Shown: positions 21,033-28,782, numbered from the stretch's first letter. The stretch: DNA of 64,000 bases from Rhodothermaceae bacterium (GCA_009838195.1 VXSC01000042.1:8196-72195); one strand, 5' to 3'. Numbers and translations: made by a program. The notes: generated by a model not told the origin, from the sequence alone.

Positions 21033-23156
21033 ATGACCTCATCCATCAATACCTTGCTGCTCCGGTGCTTCGCGATGGGCGCATTGATTACGTTCTCAGT
21101 GATTGCATCTCCTGCCCAAGCTCAGTTTGTCAAAAAATGGCTTTCAGCTGGCTCAATGCATAACTGGTACTCAGAAGTCGGGAGTGAGTGTGAGGCATGT
21201 GGATTTGTTGGTATTCAACAGGATGGACTTCGGTGGCCCGGACTCTATCGATTTACAGATATGCAAGCTGCCAAAGCATTGTGGATTGGTGCCTTGAATG
21301 TTACTGATGACCTCGGAACCAGCTATCCGCATCGTGTGGTACATGTAGGCCCACGTGTGTCTGGGGGTGGAGAGTTTTTCCCGACACGCTTTGAGTTGAT
21401 CAGCCGCTTGCCCCCAACGGCTGTCTTGGTAGATGGGGCAATTACTGAGCCAGAGGCAGCCATGGTGAATGATTTTTCAGATCCTTCAATTGACGCGGAT
21501 GTGATGATTGTCAACGAGGCAAATACACTCCTTGGGATCTCGATGGAACGCAAAATTCTACAATTCACCCAAGAATATCATGACAATTATCATATTCTTG
21601 AATACATCTTCACGAATACGGGAAACACGGATGATGATCCAGAGATAGAGCTTCCCAATCAGATACTGGAAGGTGTCTACTTCTTTTTTCAGTGGCGTTT
21701 GTCTGTCGCCAAGGAAACCCGTTATGTGATTGGAAACGGTACGAGTTGGGGATTAAATGCAATGTTGGACACCCGAGGAGATGGAGTTAAAGAAGATCCT
21801 CCAGATGAGAATTTTCGTGCCCAGTTTGTATGGCATGGCTATTTCCCACCCTTTAATGCCTACAACAATATTGGGGGTCCGATTTTACCCCAGGCACTCC
21901 CAGCTGTGAACATTGCGCCGACAGATACCACGGGTCGCCTCGGTGCGTCCCAGTTCGTCGGGGTCGTCACTTTGCACGCAGATACTTCTCCATCGGATTC
22001 GACGGATGATCCGAGTCAGCCCAGCACTACCTCGTGGATTGGCTCTGATGATCCGTACACATCCCAAAATGACGCATTCAATCCAACGAAAATGGAGGTG
22101 GAATACGGGGTGATGTCAGCCGGACATAAGTCTCCCCGCCACGCGGACGTGGTAGAGCCTAGTGGACTTCCGGGTTTTTTGGATCCTGTTGGTGATCCGA
22201 GTTTGGGCACACCTGGAGGATTTTCGAATGCAAATGGGTATGGTCCCTATACACTGGCTCCAGGCGAGAGCATACGTATTGTCGTCGCGGAAGGAGCAGC
22301 AGGCTTAAGTCGTGAGGCAAATTCGATCATTGGCAGAGCGTATAAAGAGTCAAACGCGAGTGACAGTTCTCCAATTACAATGGAGGTTCATGGTCAAACT
22401 CATTCCATGACAAAAAATGAATGGGTATTTACCGGGCGGGATTCGCTGTTTCAAATGTTCCGCAGGGCAATTGCTAATTATGAGTCTGGGTATACAATTC
22501 CCCGTGCTCCTGCTCCACCGAGTTTATTTGAGGTGGATGGCGGGGGAGACCGAATTCTTTTGACATGGAGCCCTCATACAACCGAACCCCTCCCAGATAA
22601 CTGGGAAATTTATCGTGCGCAGGGTCGCTTTGACAGTACTTATACTCTTGTGCACACTGCACCGCCTGGAGATACCAGTTTTGAAGATACCACGCCGATT
22701 CGTGGGATTGACTACTATTATTACATCGTAGCAGTACAGAGTGCGAGCCAAAACAATGGAGTTGGACTCACTCCCGCTGGACGCCCTCTTCGAAGTTCAC
22801 GTTATTCTACGCAGACCTATACCCCAACCCAACTAAAACGACCTGCAGGTACCGCTTTATCGGATATACGGATTGTGCCAAACCCATTCAATATTGGCTC
22901 GAGTCCCCTGGTTCGTTTTCCAGATCAAACGGATAAACTGGCATTTTTCAATATTCCAGGTCGCTGTACGATTGCGATTTACACGGATCTGGGGGAACTC
23001 GTAGATGAGATTGAGCACACCGATGGAAGTGGGGACGAATTTTGGGATCATACAACATCGTCTAGGCAAATTGTATCCAGTGGTGTATTTATCGCGGTAA
23101 TCACCGATTTGGATACAGGTGAGAGGATAATCAAGAAATTTGTCATTATCCGTTAA
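21033..23156 (+). CDS. Secreted protein of unknown function with FN3-like domain and T9SS-type C-terminal sorting domain
   Basis: 707 aa with a signal peptide ending AQAQ. The FN3-like segment is LTWSPHTTEPLPDNWEIYRAQ...YYYYIVAV. The C-terminal ~95 aa runs IVPNPFNIGS...CTIAIYTDLGELV...SGVFIAVI...KKFVIIR and resembles a Por secretion tail or FlgD-Ig fold. Confidence 0.7.
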   Translation: MTSSINTLLLRCFAMGALITFSVIASPAQAQFVKKWLSAGSMHNWYSEVGSECEACGFVGIQQDGLRWPGLYRFTDMQAAKALWIGALNVTDDLGTSYPHRVVHVGPRVSGGGEFFPTRFELISRLPPTAVLVDGAITEPEAAMVNDFSDPSIDADVMIVNEANTLLGISMERKILQFTQEYHDNYHILEYIFTNTGNTDDDPEIELPNQILEGVYFFFQWRLSVAKETRYVIGNGTSWGLNAMLDTRGDGVKEDPPDENFRAQFVWHGYFPPFNAYNNIGGPILPQALPAVNIAPTDTTGRLGASQFVGVVTLHADTSPSDSTDDPSQPSTTSWIGSDDPYTSQNDAFNPTKMEVEYGVMSAGHKSPRHADVVEPSGLPGFLDPVGDPSLGTPGGFSNANGYGPYTLAPGESIRIVVAEGAAGLSREANSIIGRAYKESNASDSSPITMEVHGQTHSMTKNEWVFTGRDSLFQMFRRAIANYESGYTIPRAPAPPSLFEVDGGGDRILLTWSPHTTEPLPDNWEIYRAQGRFDSTYTLVHTAPPGDTSFEDTTPIRGIDYYYYIVAVQSASQNNGVGLTPAGRPLRSSRYSTQTYTPTQLKRPAGTALSDIRIVPNPFNIGSSPLVRFPDQTDKLAFFNIPGRCTIAIYTDLGELVDEIEHTDGSGDEFWDHTTSSRQIVSSGVFIAVITDLDTGERIIKKFVIIR

Positions 23157-23163
23157 CGGTAGT

Positions 23164-24168
23164 ATGAAGCGATGGATGTACATACTGCTCTTTTTGCCGC
23201 TGTTTACAGTAGTCTCTGTCTCAGCACAGCAGAAAAAACTTGCTCAGACCGCTATGAAGTTTTTGTCCGTGTCGGTGAGTCCTCGTGCCGCTGGTTTAGG
23301 AGATGCGCTGACTGCGATCGAGCATGGATCTGCATCGTTGTTCTACAACCCTAGTGGGATGGCTTGGCAGGAGAGCAACATAGATGTGAACGTCGGACAG
23401 ACGCGCTGGATTGCTGAAATCGATTATTCCATGGGCAGTTTATCGTTTCGTCCAGGAAGCGGGCGTTTTGGCGTGATAGGTTTTTCGTTTTTGATGGTGG
23501 ATTATGGGGAGTTGGAAGAGACAATTCGTTTTGACAATGAAGATGGATTCTTGGACGTGGGGACTTTCTCTCCCTCAGCTTGGAGTTTTGGAGTCGGATA
23601 TGCCCGTACACTCTCGGATCGTTTTTCAGTGGGTGCTCATTTCAAGTTAGCAAATCAATATCTGGCGAACTCCGTTTCGGGAATTGATGGAGCGGGTGAA
23701 TATGAACGTGAGAATGTGGAAGAGAGGGTTCTTGCCTATGATTTTGGCGTTTTGTACAAGACCGGTTTTCGCAGTCTTAATTTTGCCGTGAGTGCTCGTA
23801 ATTTCGCACCGGAGATCACATTCAGTGAAGAGAGTGTTGCGTTGCCGCTTACATTAAATATTGGTGTGTCGATGAATATGATGGATTTTATTGATCAAGG
23901 ATCCAGTGTGCATCAATTATTGTTTTCTGTTGATGCTTCAAATCCCCGCGATTTCTCGGAGCAGATTAAGATTGGAACGGAGTATGTTTTTCTAAATACG
24001 TTCATCCTTCGTGCGGGGTATGTATTCCCCACCGATGAACAGGGAATTAGTTTTGGGTTAGGGCTAAAGCAGTCCCTTCGGAGGTTCGGCTTCGGTGCAG
24101 ATTATTCTTACACCGATTTTGGAATTTTATCGAATGTACAACGTCTTGCTATACGATTTTCGCTATAG
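23164..24168 (+). CDS. PorV/PorQ-family-like outer-membrane beta-barrel
   Basis: About 334 aa from the ATG at 23164 (the track ORF starts at a TTG at 23140), with a signal peptide. The N-terminal motif is SPRAAGLGDALTAIEHGSASLFYNPSGMAW. It has alternating beta-strand character and a terminal aromatic residue. FadL-like barrels share this N-motif, so the family call is tentative. Confidence 0.55.
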   Translation: MKRWMYILLFLPLFTVVSVSAQQKKLAQTAMKFLSVSVSPRAAGLGDALTAIEHGSASLFYNPSGMAWQESNIDVNVGQTRWIAEIDYSMGSLSFRPGSGRFGVIGFSFLMVDYGELEETIRFDNEDGFLDVGTFSPSAWSFGVGYARTLSDRFSVGAHFKLANQYLANSVSGIDGAGEYERENVEERVLAYDFGVLYKTGFRSLNFAVSARNFAPEITFSEESVALPLTLNIGVSMNMMDFIDQGSSVHQLLFSVDASNPRDFSEQIKIGTEYVFLNTFILRAGYVFPTDEQGISFGLGLKQSLRRFGFGADYSYTDFGILSNVQRLAIRFSL

Positions 24169-25348
24169 GCTAGGGCGTTGCGCCCTGCTGACCGGCGGTC
24201 TACTGTGTGCAGCTCTTTTCGGGGGTTGTGACTCGGGGATGGCACCCAGTATTTACGATCCAGACCGTTCCAGTTTGCCTGATCCGGTGATTGAAAGTGT
24301 CACGCCGGAGGGCAGCGCGCTTGCTGGAGTGGATGCAGTTACGATTACGGGCAATAATTTCTCAATTCAACCCCATGAGAATCTCGTGTATTTCGGTACG
24401 GACCGCGGGGATGTATTGGAAGCTTCTGCAACCCAGCTTCGTGTATTTGCCCCTAATAATCCTCAACCCGAATTGGAACTTCGTATGGCTGTCGTGGGCG
24501 CCGAGAATTTCAGTAATACTCTTCCGTATCGCTTGGATCCTCCCTTTGTTGAATTCGGTGATGTTCGAGATTTCGAAGATATCTCGGGTATTGCTACAGA
24601 TTCCGGAGGAAACCTGTATGCTTCGCTGACCGCTTTTGGGGCTGCAGTTGGGATCATCCGAATTACTCCTGGGGGAGAGCGCAGTGATTATCTCAGTTCT
24701 CCCTTCCCATGGGCAGATATTGAATTTGGGCCAGATAACTCGTTGTATGGGGTTCGATCGGTTCGAGCCATATTCCAGAGTACGGGGAAGGGATCCGATT
24801 TCCAGGTATTTGCTGTGATACCAAATCGATCCACCCGATTGACGACTGTAACGGTCGATGCGAACGGGCGGATATGGGCTGCGGGTAATAACTCAGATCT
24901 ATACAGCGTCGAGCAGGATAAGTCTGTAAAGATGTATGAATTTGAAGCGGATGTCCGGGATATCGCACTGTTTGATGACTTCCTGTATGTAGCCGGTCTT
25001 CAGGATGAGATTAGCATGATTTGGCGTTTCCCCATTGATGCCAACGGTGATCTAGGTACCGCGGAGGAGATTATGAACATTACTTCCCAATACGGATCTA
25101 CTGCGTTTGCTCTTTCGTTTTCGTCTACTGGACAATTGTATGTTGGCACAGATGGAACTGATCCTGTTATCCTGATCCAACCAGATCGGACGGGGGCAGA
25201 GTTGTATCCAAACGTGCTGCCACAGGTGGTCCGCAGGTTTGCCTGGGGGGCGGGGGACGCCCTTTATGCTGCAACCAACTCCACCGAGTTTTATCCTTCA
25301 GGAATTATCCGGATTGCCACTCGCCGAGAGGGTAATCGGAACTTTTAA
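24134..25348 (+). CDS. Lipoprotein with IPT/TIG domain and beta-propeller-like body
   Basis: The lipobox-like sequence is LFGGC-DSG. The IPT/TIG-like stretch is PVIESVTPEGSALAGVDAVTITGNNFS...LVYFG. The C-terminal part is a repetitive propeller-like region. The start ATG at 24134 overlaps the upstream gene by 35 nt. Confidence 0.6.
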   Translation: MYNVLLYDFRYRLGRCALLTGGLLCAALFGGCDSGMAPSIYDPDRSSLPDPVIESVTPEGSALAGVDAVTITGNNFSIQPHENLVYFGTDRGDVLEASATQLRVFAPNNPQPELELRMAVVGAENFSNTLPYRLDPPFVEFGDVRDFEDISGIATDSGGNLYASLTAFGAAVGIIRITPGGERSDYLSSPFPWADIEFGPDNSLYGVRSVRAIFQSTGKGSDFQVFAVIPNRSTRLTTVTVDANGRIWAAGNNSDLYSVEQDKSVKMYEFEADVRDIALFDDFLYVAGLQDEISMIWRFPIDANGDLGTAEEIMNITSQYGSTAFALSFSSTGQLYVGTDGTDPVILIQPDRTGAELYPNVLPQVVRRFAWGAGDALYAATNSTEFYPSGIIRIATRREGNRNF

Positions 25349-25414
25349 CTTGTACTTTATGCTGTCTACAGCAAAGTTCTTCATTCTTAACATATTCACC
25401 ATACCCTTTTTACC

Positions 25415-26782
25415 ATGACCTTTTTTACCATGATTCGCAAAACACTCTTTCTGGCGTCAATTCTCTTGATAAGTGGCACCGCAAGTGCCCAAAACTGGAT
25501 TGACATGGGACCATTTCCGCCAGATTCATCCTTTACTCTCCCAACTCATGGCCTTGCCGTAGACGGTGAGGGCAAGATTTGGGTTGATCAGTTCGCCCGC
25601 ACTCCCGCGCTGAGTATGGACGGTGATACCCTGAGGGATGCAAATGGAAACTCATTCACTTCTGGCCCAATTTGGATTTACAATCCAGATGGGACTTTGG
25701 CGATGGAACCCATTCACGTTATCGAAGGGGACACTCTAGGCTCCTTCGGGGAAGGTGGTTTTGTCGGAGGACTGAAAACCGATATCGATGGCAATATAAT
25801 TGTTGCGATTCGACAAGCCGCGGCTGGTGGCATTTTGTACCGGTTTAATCACGAGACTGGAGAGGTTATGGATCGGCTCGTAACTGAGAACTATTCTCAT
25901 GCATCACCTGGAATTGACGATTTTGGTAATATTTATATGGCCAACGTGGGAGCCTCGGGAAGTGGTATACTGATTAACACGACCGATTTTAATTTTGCGG
26001 GACTTGTCACGGATACACTCAAGTGGGGAATTGGCCGTAACGTTGAAGTATCCGCCGATGGGAACGCTGTGTATTGGGCTAATTCGGTCGCAACCCAGGC
26101 TCCTGGCCTGATTAAGTTTACTCGTTCTGACGATTTTTCGCCTTACACAACCAATTTCAATCCTCTCGATTCTACTGGAATCGTCCATCCAGGACTCACT
26201 TCTGAATCCAGTACTCGTCATCCAACCACTGGGCATGTCTGGTTTGGACATGCAAGAGATTGCTGCGGAAGTGCTGCTGATTCCGTTAACTATACATTCC
26301 TGACGTGGTACGGTCTTGATCCTGTCACGGATGAAATTGTGGACAGTCTTAATTTCAATTTACCTACTGATTACGCTGGTGAGAACACTCGCGCCATTGC
26401 GTTTTCACCTGACGGACTTTACGCTTACGTAGGGATATTTAATGGTGGACAGCCAACTGTCAAAAAATTCATGCGTGGCACAGTGACGAGCATTCAGCGC
26501 GATCCGGTTGAAATCCCAGATGGATTTACGCTGTCGCAGAACTATCCGAACCCGTTCAATCCACAGACCAGTATTGAGTTTGAGCTTAAAGATGCGGGCT
26601 TAGCCACACTTAAAGTGTATGATATGCTAGGTAGAGAGGTTGCCACACTCGTTGATGAGCACCTAGTTGCCGGTAAGTACAATGCTACATTTAATGCCAC
26701 CGAACTGACTTCTGGCACGTACGTCTATCAGCTAAATGTTGCCGGACATCGTTTGAGTGGCAAGATGACGCTTGTGAAGTAA
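25415..26782 (+). CDS. Secreted beta-propeller-like protein with T9SS C-terminal sorting domain
   Basis: 455 aa with a signal peptide ending ASAQ. The C-terminus is LSQNYPNPFNPQTSIEFEL...LKVYDMLGREVATLV...SGTYVYQL...GKMTLVK, a classical Por_Secre_tail pattern. Confidence 0.8.
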   Translation: MTFFTMIRKTLFLASILLISGTASAQNWIDMGPFPPDSSFTLPTHGLAVDGEGKIWVDQFARTPALSMDGDTLRDANGNSFTSGPIWIYNPDGTLAMEPIHVIEGDTLGSFGEGGFVGGLKTDIDGNIIVAIRQAAAGGILYRFNHETGEVMDRLVTENYSHASPGIDDFGNIYMANVGASGSGILINTTDFNFAGLVTDTLKWGIGRNVEVSADGNAVYWANSVATQAPGLIKFTRSDDFSPYTTNFNPLDSTGIVHPGLTSESSTRHPTTGHVWFGHARDCCGSAADSVNYTFLTWYGLDPVTDEIVDSLNFNLPTDYAGENTRAIAFSPDGLYAYVGIFNGGQPTVKKFMRGTVTSIQRDPVEIPDGFTLSQNYPNPFNPQTSIEFELKDAGLATLKVYDMLGREVATLVDEHLVAGKYNATFNATELTSGTYVYQLNVAGHRLSGKMTLVK

Positions 26783-26803
26783 TCTCTTGTTGAGTTTTGA
26801 AAT

Positions 26804-26841
26804 AAAAGGGTATCTCCTGACGCTTGGGGGGATACCCTTTT
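26804..26841 (+). terminator. Rho-independent terminator closing the 17.9-26.8 kb operon
   Basis: Stem AAAAGGGTATC (26804-26814) pairs with GATACCCTTTT (26831-26841) and can extend inward by CC/GG pairs. The 3' arm ends in a T-run. It lies 21 nt after the stop codon. Confidence 0.75.
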
Positions 26842-26842
26842 A

Positions 26843-27140
26843 TGTACCTGTAATCACAATCCGAAACCTTTCTTGGCGTCAATTCTGGTTACAGTAGCAC
26901 TGCAAATGCTCAAATCTGAGTTGACCTAGGATCATTTCTCAATTCGATGATTTTGGGAGGTCGTCACACGGAGTTGCTCTGGAAGTCAAGATGGCCTGCC
27001 AAGAGTATCCGGGGTATAAGAGAGGATCGTAACGGTAACATTATTGTCATGACGGCCACTCCGTTCACTCCTAAATCCGTAGCGAATAGGCAACCCTCAT
27101 AATTGATGAATTTTAGTTCATCATAACCTGGATAAATGTC
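26843..27140 (+). pseudogene. Decayed 5' stub of a paralogue of the 25415-26782 T9SS cargo gene
   Basis: 26868-26938 aligns by eye at roughly 75-80% identity to 25447-25517, the signal-peptide/mature N-terminus region. The equivalent frame reads FLGVNSGYSSTANAQI*VDLGSF, with TGA at 26917-26919 where the intact gene has Trp. Further stops follow. The boundaries are approximate. Confidence 0.5.
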
Positions 27141-27170
27141 CATTTGAGGACTAAAAAGCCCTAGGCAGTG

Positions 27171-27212
27171 CGATTGGGGGTGCACCGATTGCAACCGGTG
27201 CACCCCCAATCG
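27171..27212 (-). terminator. Perfect 17-bp inverted repeat (hairpin) just downstream of the orphan CTD fragment
   Basis: CGATTGGGGGTGCACCG (27171-27187) pairs with CGGTGCACCCCCAATCG (27196-27212) across an 8-nt loop. It lies 8 nt after the minus-strand stop at 27221. On the minus strand a TTTTT run follows about 12 nt later. Confidence 0.55.
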
Positions 27213-27220
27213 ATCATGGG

Positions 27221-27445
27221 CTACTTAACGAGGGTCATCTGGCCTTTGACAAGGTGGATACTTGTTTCCATCCTGGCAACAATGCGATACACATATACAC
27301 CAGATGGCAGGTTCGGAACCGCAAGCGTTAATGATCTTGACGGACCCGCAGTAAGACCGAAGAATTCCTCCGCATGAACTTTTTGCCCCAGCAGATTGAA
27401 TATTTCAACAGATATATCCGCAGACGTAGGTAAATCCAATTTGAA
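27221..27445 (-). pseudogene. Orphan 3' fragment encoding only a T9SS C-terminal sorting domain
   Basis: The fragment reads FKLDLPTSADISVEIFNLLGQKV...LPSGVYVYRIVA...KGQMTLVK. It is a paralogue of the CTD at 26560-26782, and both end in MTLVK. The NPFNP start of the domain and the whole passenger region are missing. The upstream part of the track ORF (to 27526) is read-through into istB antisense. Confidence 0.7.
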
Positions 27446-27454
27446 CGCTTCCTG

Positions 27455-28110
27455 TTGGCCTTGGTGGAACAGGAACAGCAGAGTCGAACGAATCATCGCA
27501 TTCAGCGCTTTCTGCGGGCCTCTCATCTGCCGAGAGAAAAAACCTTGGATCAGTTTGATCGAACCCGATTACCGATCCCTATAAATCACCAGGTCAGTAC
27601 ACTGTTGGAGGGTGGCTTTGTCGATCGAAACGAAAATGTCTTGGCTCTGGGGGCCCCTGGAACCGGAAAAACGCATCTCTTATGCGCATTGGGCCACGAA
27701 CTGGTCCATCAAGGCCGCGGATCCGCTTTTATCGTTGCCGTGCACTGGTAGAGCAGTTGATGCAGGCCAAGCACGATCAATGCCTGTCCCCATTCATGAA
27801 ACAACTTCTGCGCTTTGAAGCCCTCATTGTGGATGGGATTGGGTATGGGACACTTAGCCCAGAGGAAGCAGATGTCTTATTCCAGCTCTTGGCCGAACGC
27901 TACGAACACGGAAGTATTCTGATCTCCTGTCATCTGGCCTTCTCAGAGTGGAAACAGATCTTCCAGAACCCAATCACGACCACCGCCGTCGTTGACCGAC
28001 TGGTGCATCACAGTGTCATCCTTGAACTCGACCTGCCCAGCTACCGGCTCGAAGTGGCACGCCAACGACAAAACGAAGAACAGGACCCATCCAAGACAAA
28101 CGACACATGA
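27455..28110 (+). pseudogene. istB: IS21-family helper ATPase IstB, 5'-truncated and frameshifted
   Basis: Two overlapping ORFs in different frames carry the IstB motifs. ORF 27455-27751 has REKTLDQFDRTRLP and the Walker A GAPGTGKTHL. ORF 27682-28110 has FYRCRALVEQL, LIVDGIGY (degenerate Walker B) and DRLVHHSVILEL..PSYRL. The frame switch lies near 27715-27725. About 40-50 N-terminal residues are missing. Confidence 0.85.
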
Positions 28111-28283
28111 TCTTGAACGTGCCCCTTGGACGGAATCCGATTCGTTGGGTATCTTTACAGTGCTTGCCAAAAGGTAAGCACTGTTCAACATATCAACCAA
28201 TCCTGTATGGACAAAACACACAGAGTTCAACGTGCGCAACTCGGCTTCGCAACTCGCTGCTTCGCCTCGTTGTGCGAGCTCCA

Positions 28284-28327
28284 CCGACTTAAATTCTAAT
28301 TGTCGCCGACTTAAAATTTAATTGTCG
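28284..28327 (+). repeat. Tandem 22-bp direct repeats at the presumed right end of the IS21 remnant
   Basis: CCGACTTAAATTCTAATTGTCG (28284-28305) is immediately followed by CCGACTTAAAATTTAATTGTCG (28306-28327). IS21-family ends are known to carry multiple subterminal transposase-binding repeats. Confidence 0.55.
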
Positions 28328-28693
28328 TTAAACACTTCGCTACGACCGAACAATCATACAGCAATCATTTCCACACGGATTCCAGGTGTTTATATCCCTG
28401 AAACCAATACCTCTCAACCGCTGATGGCAGTACTGGAATCAACTTCAAATATGCCGGAGGGTGGGGTGAATGTGACAGTTCTGATCGAGACACCGGCGAT
28501 TCCTTTTGCGGGTCAAGTAGTAATTCTTGGGGAAAATGGTCAGAATTTAGGACAAACGGATCTGCTAGTGTACACGCGCAGTCGTGTTACGGCTCCGTTA
28601 TCTGCTCCGCCTGGAGAGTTCATCACACTGGAGTTCATTCCGGATCTAGGCACACCTGCTCCCCCATCTATACAAATCCCAGTGGATTATTAA
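28322..28693 (+). CDS. Hypothetical ORF starting inside the IS end (possible gene fragment)
   Basis: 123-aa ORF with a TTG start inside the IS terminal repeat. No motif is recognisable and coding status is uncertain. Confidence 0.25.
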   Translation: MSLNTSLRPNNHTAIISTRIPGVYIPETNTSQPLMAVLESTSNMPEGGVNVTVLIETPAIPFAGQVVILGENGQNLGQTDLLVYTRSRVTAPLSAPPGEFITLEFIPDLGTPAPPSIQIPVDY

Positions 28694-28782
28694 TCACCAA
28701 CGGTCCGATCAAGTCCAGAATAGAATGAACGGACCTCTAGAGTAACTACAGAGGATGACTCGGGATACAGTAGACACAAAAG

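Larger units (their letters stand above)
27455..28334 (+). mobile_element. IS21-family insertion sequence remnant (istA and left end deleted)
   Basis: An istB pseudogene is followed by about 220 bp ending in two tandem 22-bp repeats and a terminal ...TTAAACA (CA at 28333-28334). No istA transposase gene is present in the window. Confidence 0.65.

Noticed and set aside
21033-23156. Whether the gene after the TBDR is a divergent SusD
   Set aside because: The sequence is beta/loop-rich with an FN3 unit and a T9SS CTD. It lacks the lipobox and the TPR-like helical character of SusD, so I did not call it a SusD homologue.
26964-27377. Two small ORFs (26964-27209 minus, 27168-27377 plus) with near-identical peptide GVHRLQ.VHPQS
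   Set aside because: The shared peptide is simply the perfect 17-bp palindrome at 27171-27212 read from both strands. It is not a duplicated gene.
27712-27726. Adjacent SacII (CCGCGG) and BamHI (GGATCC) sites exactly at the istB frameshift, which could hint at a cloning or assembly artefact
   Set aside because: Two overlapping 6-mers in a GC-rich stretch are easily coincidental. The rest of istB is independently degenerate (lost Walker B Glu, 5' truncation), which fits natural decay.
28284-28327. Possible CRISPR-like or other array
   Set aside because: There are only two contiguous 22-bp units with no spacers, located at an IS end. No other regularly spaced repeats were seen anywhere in the window.
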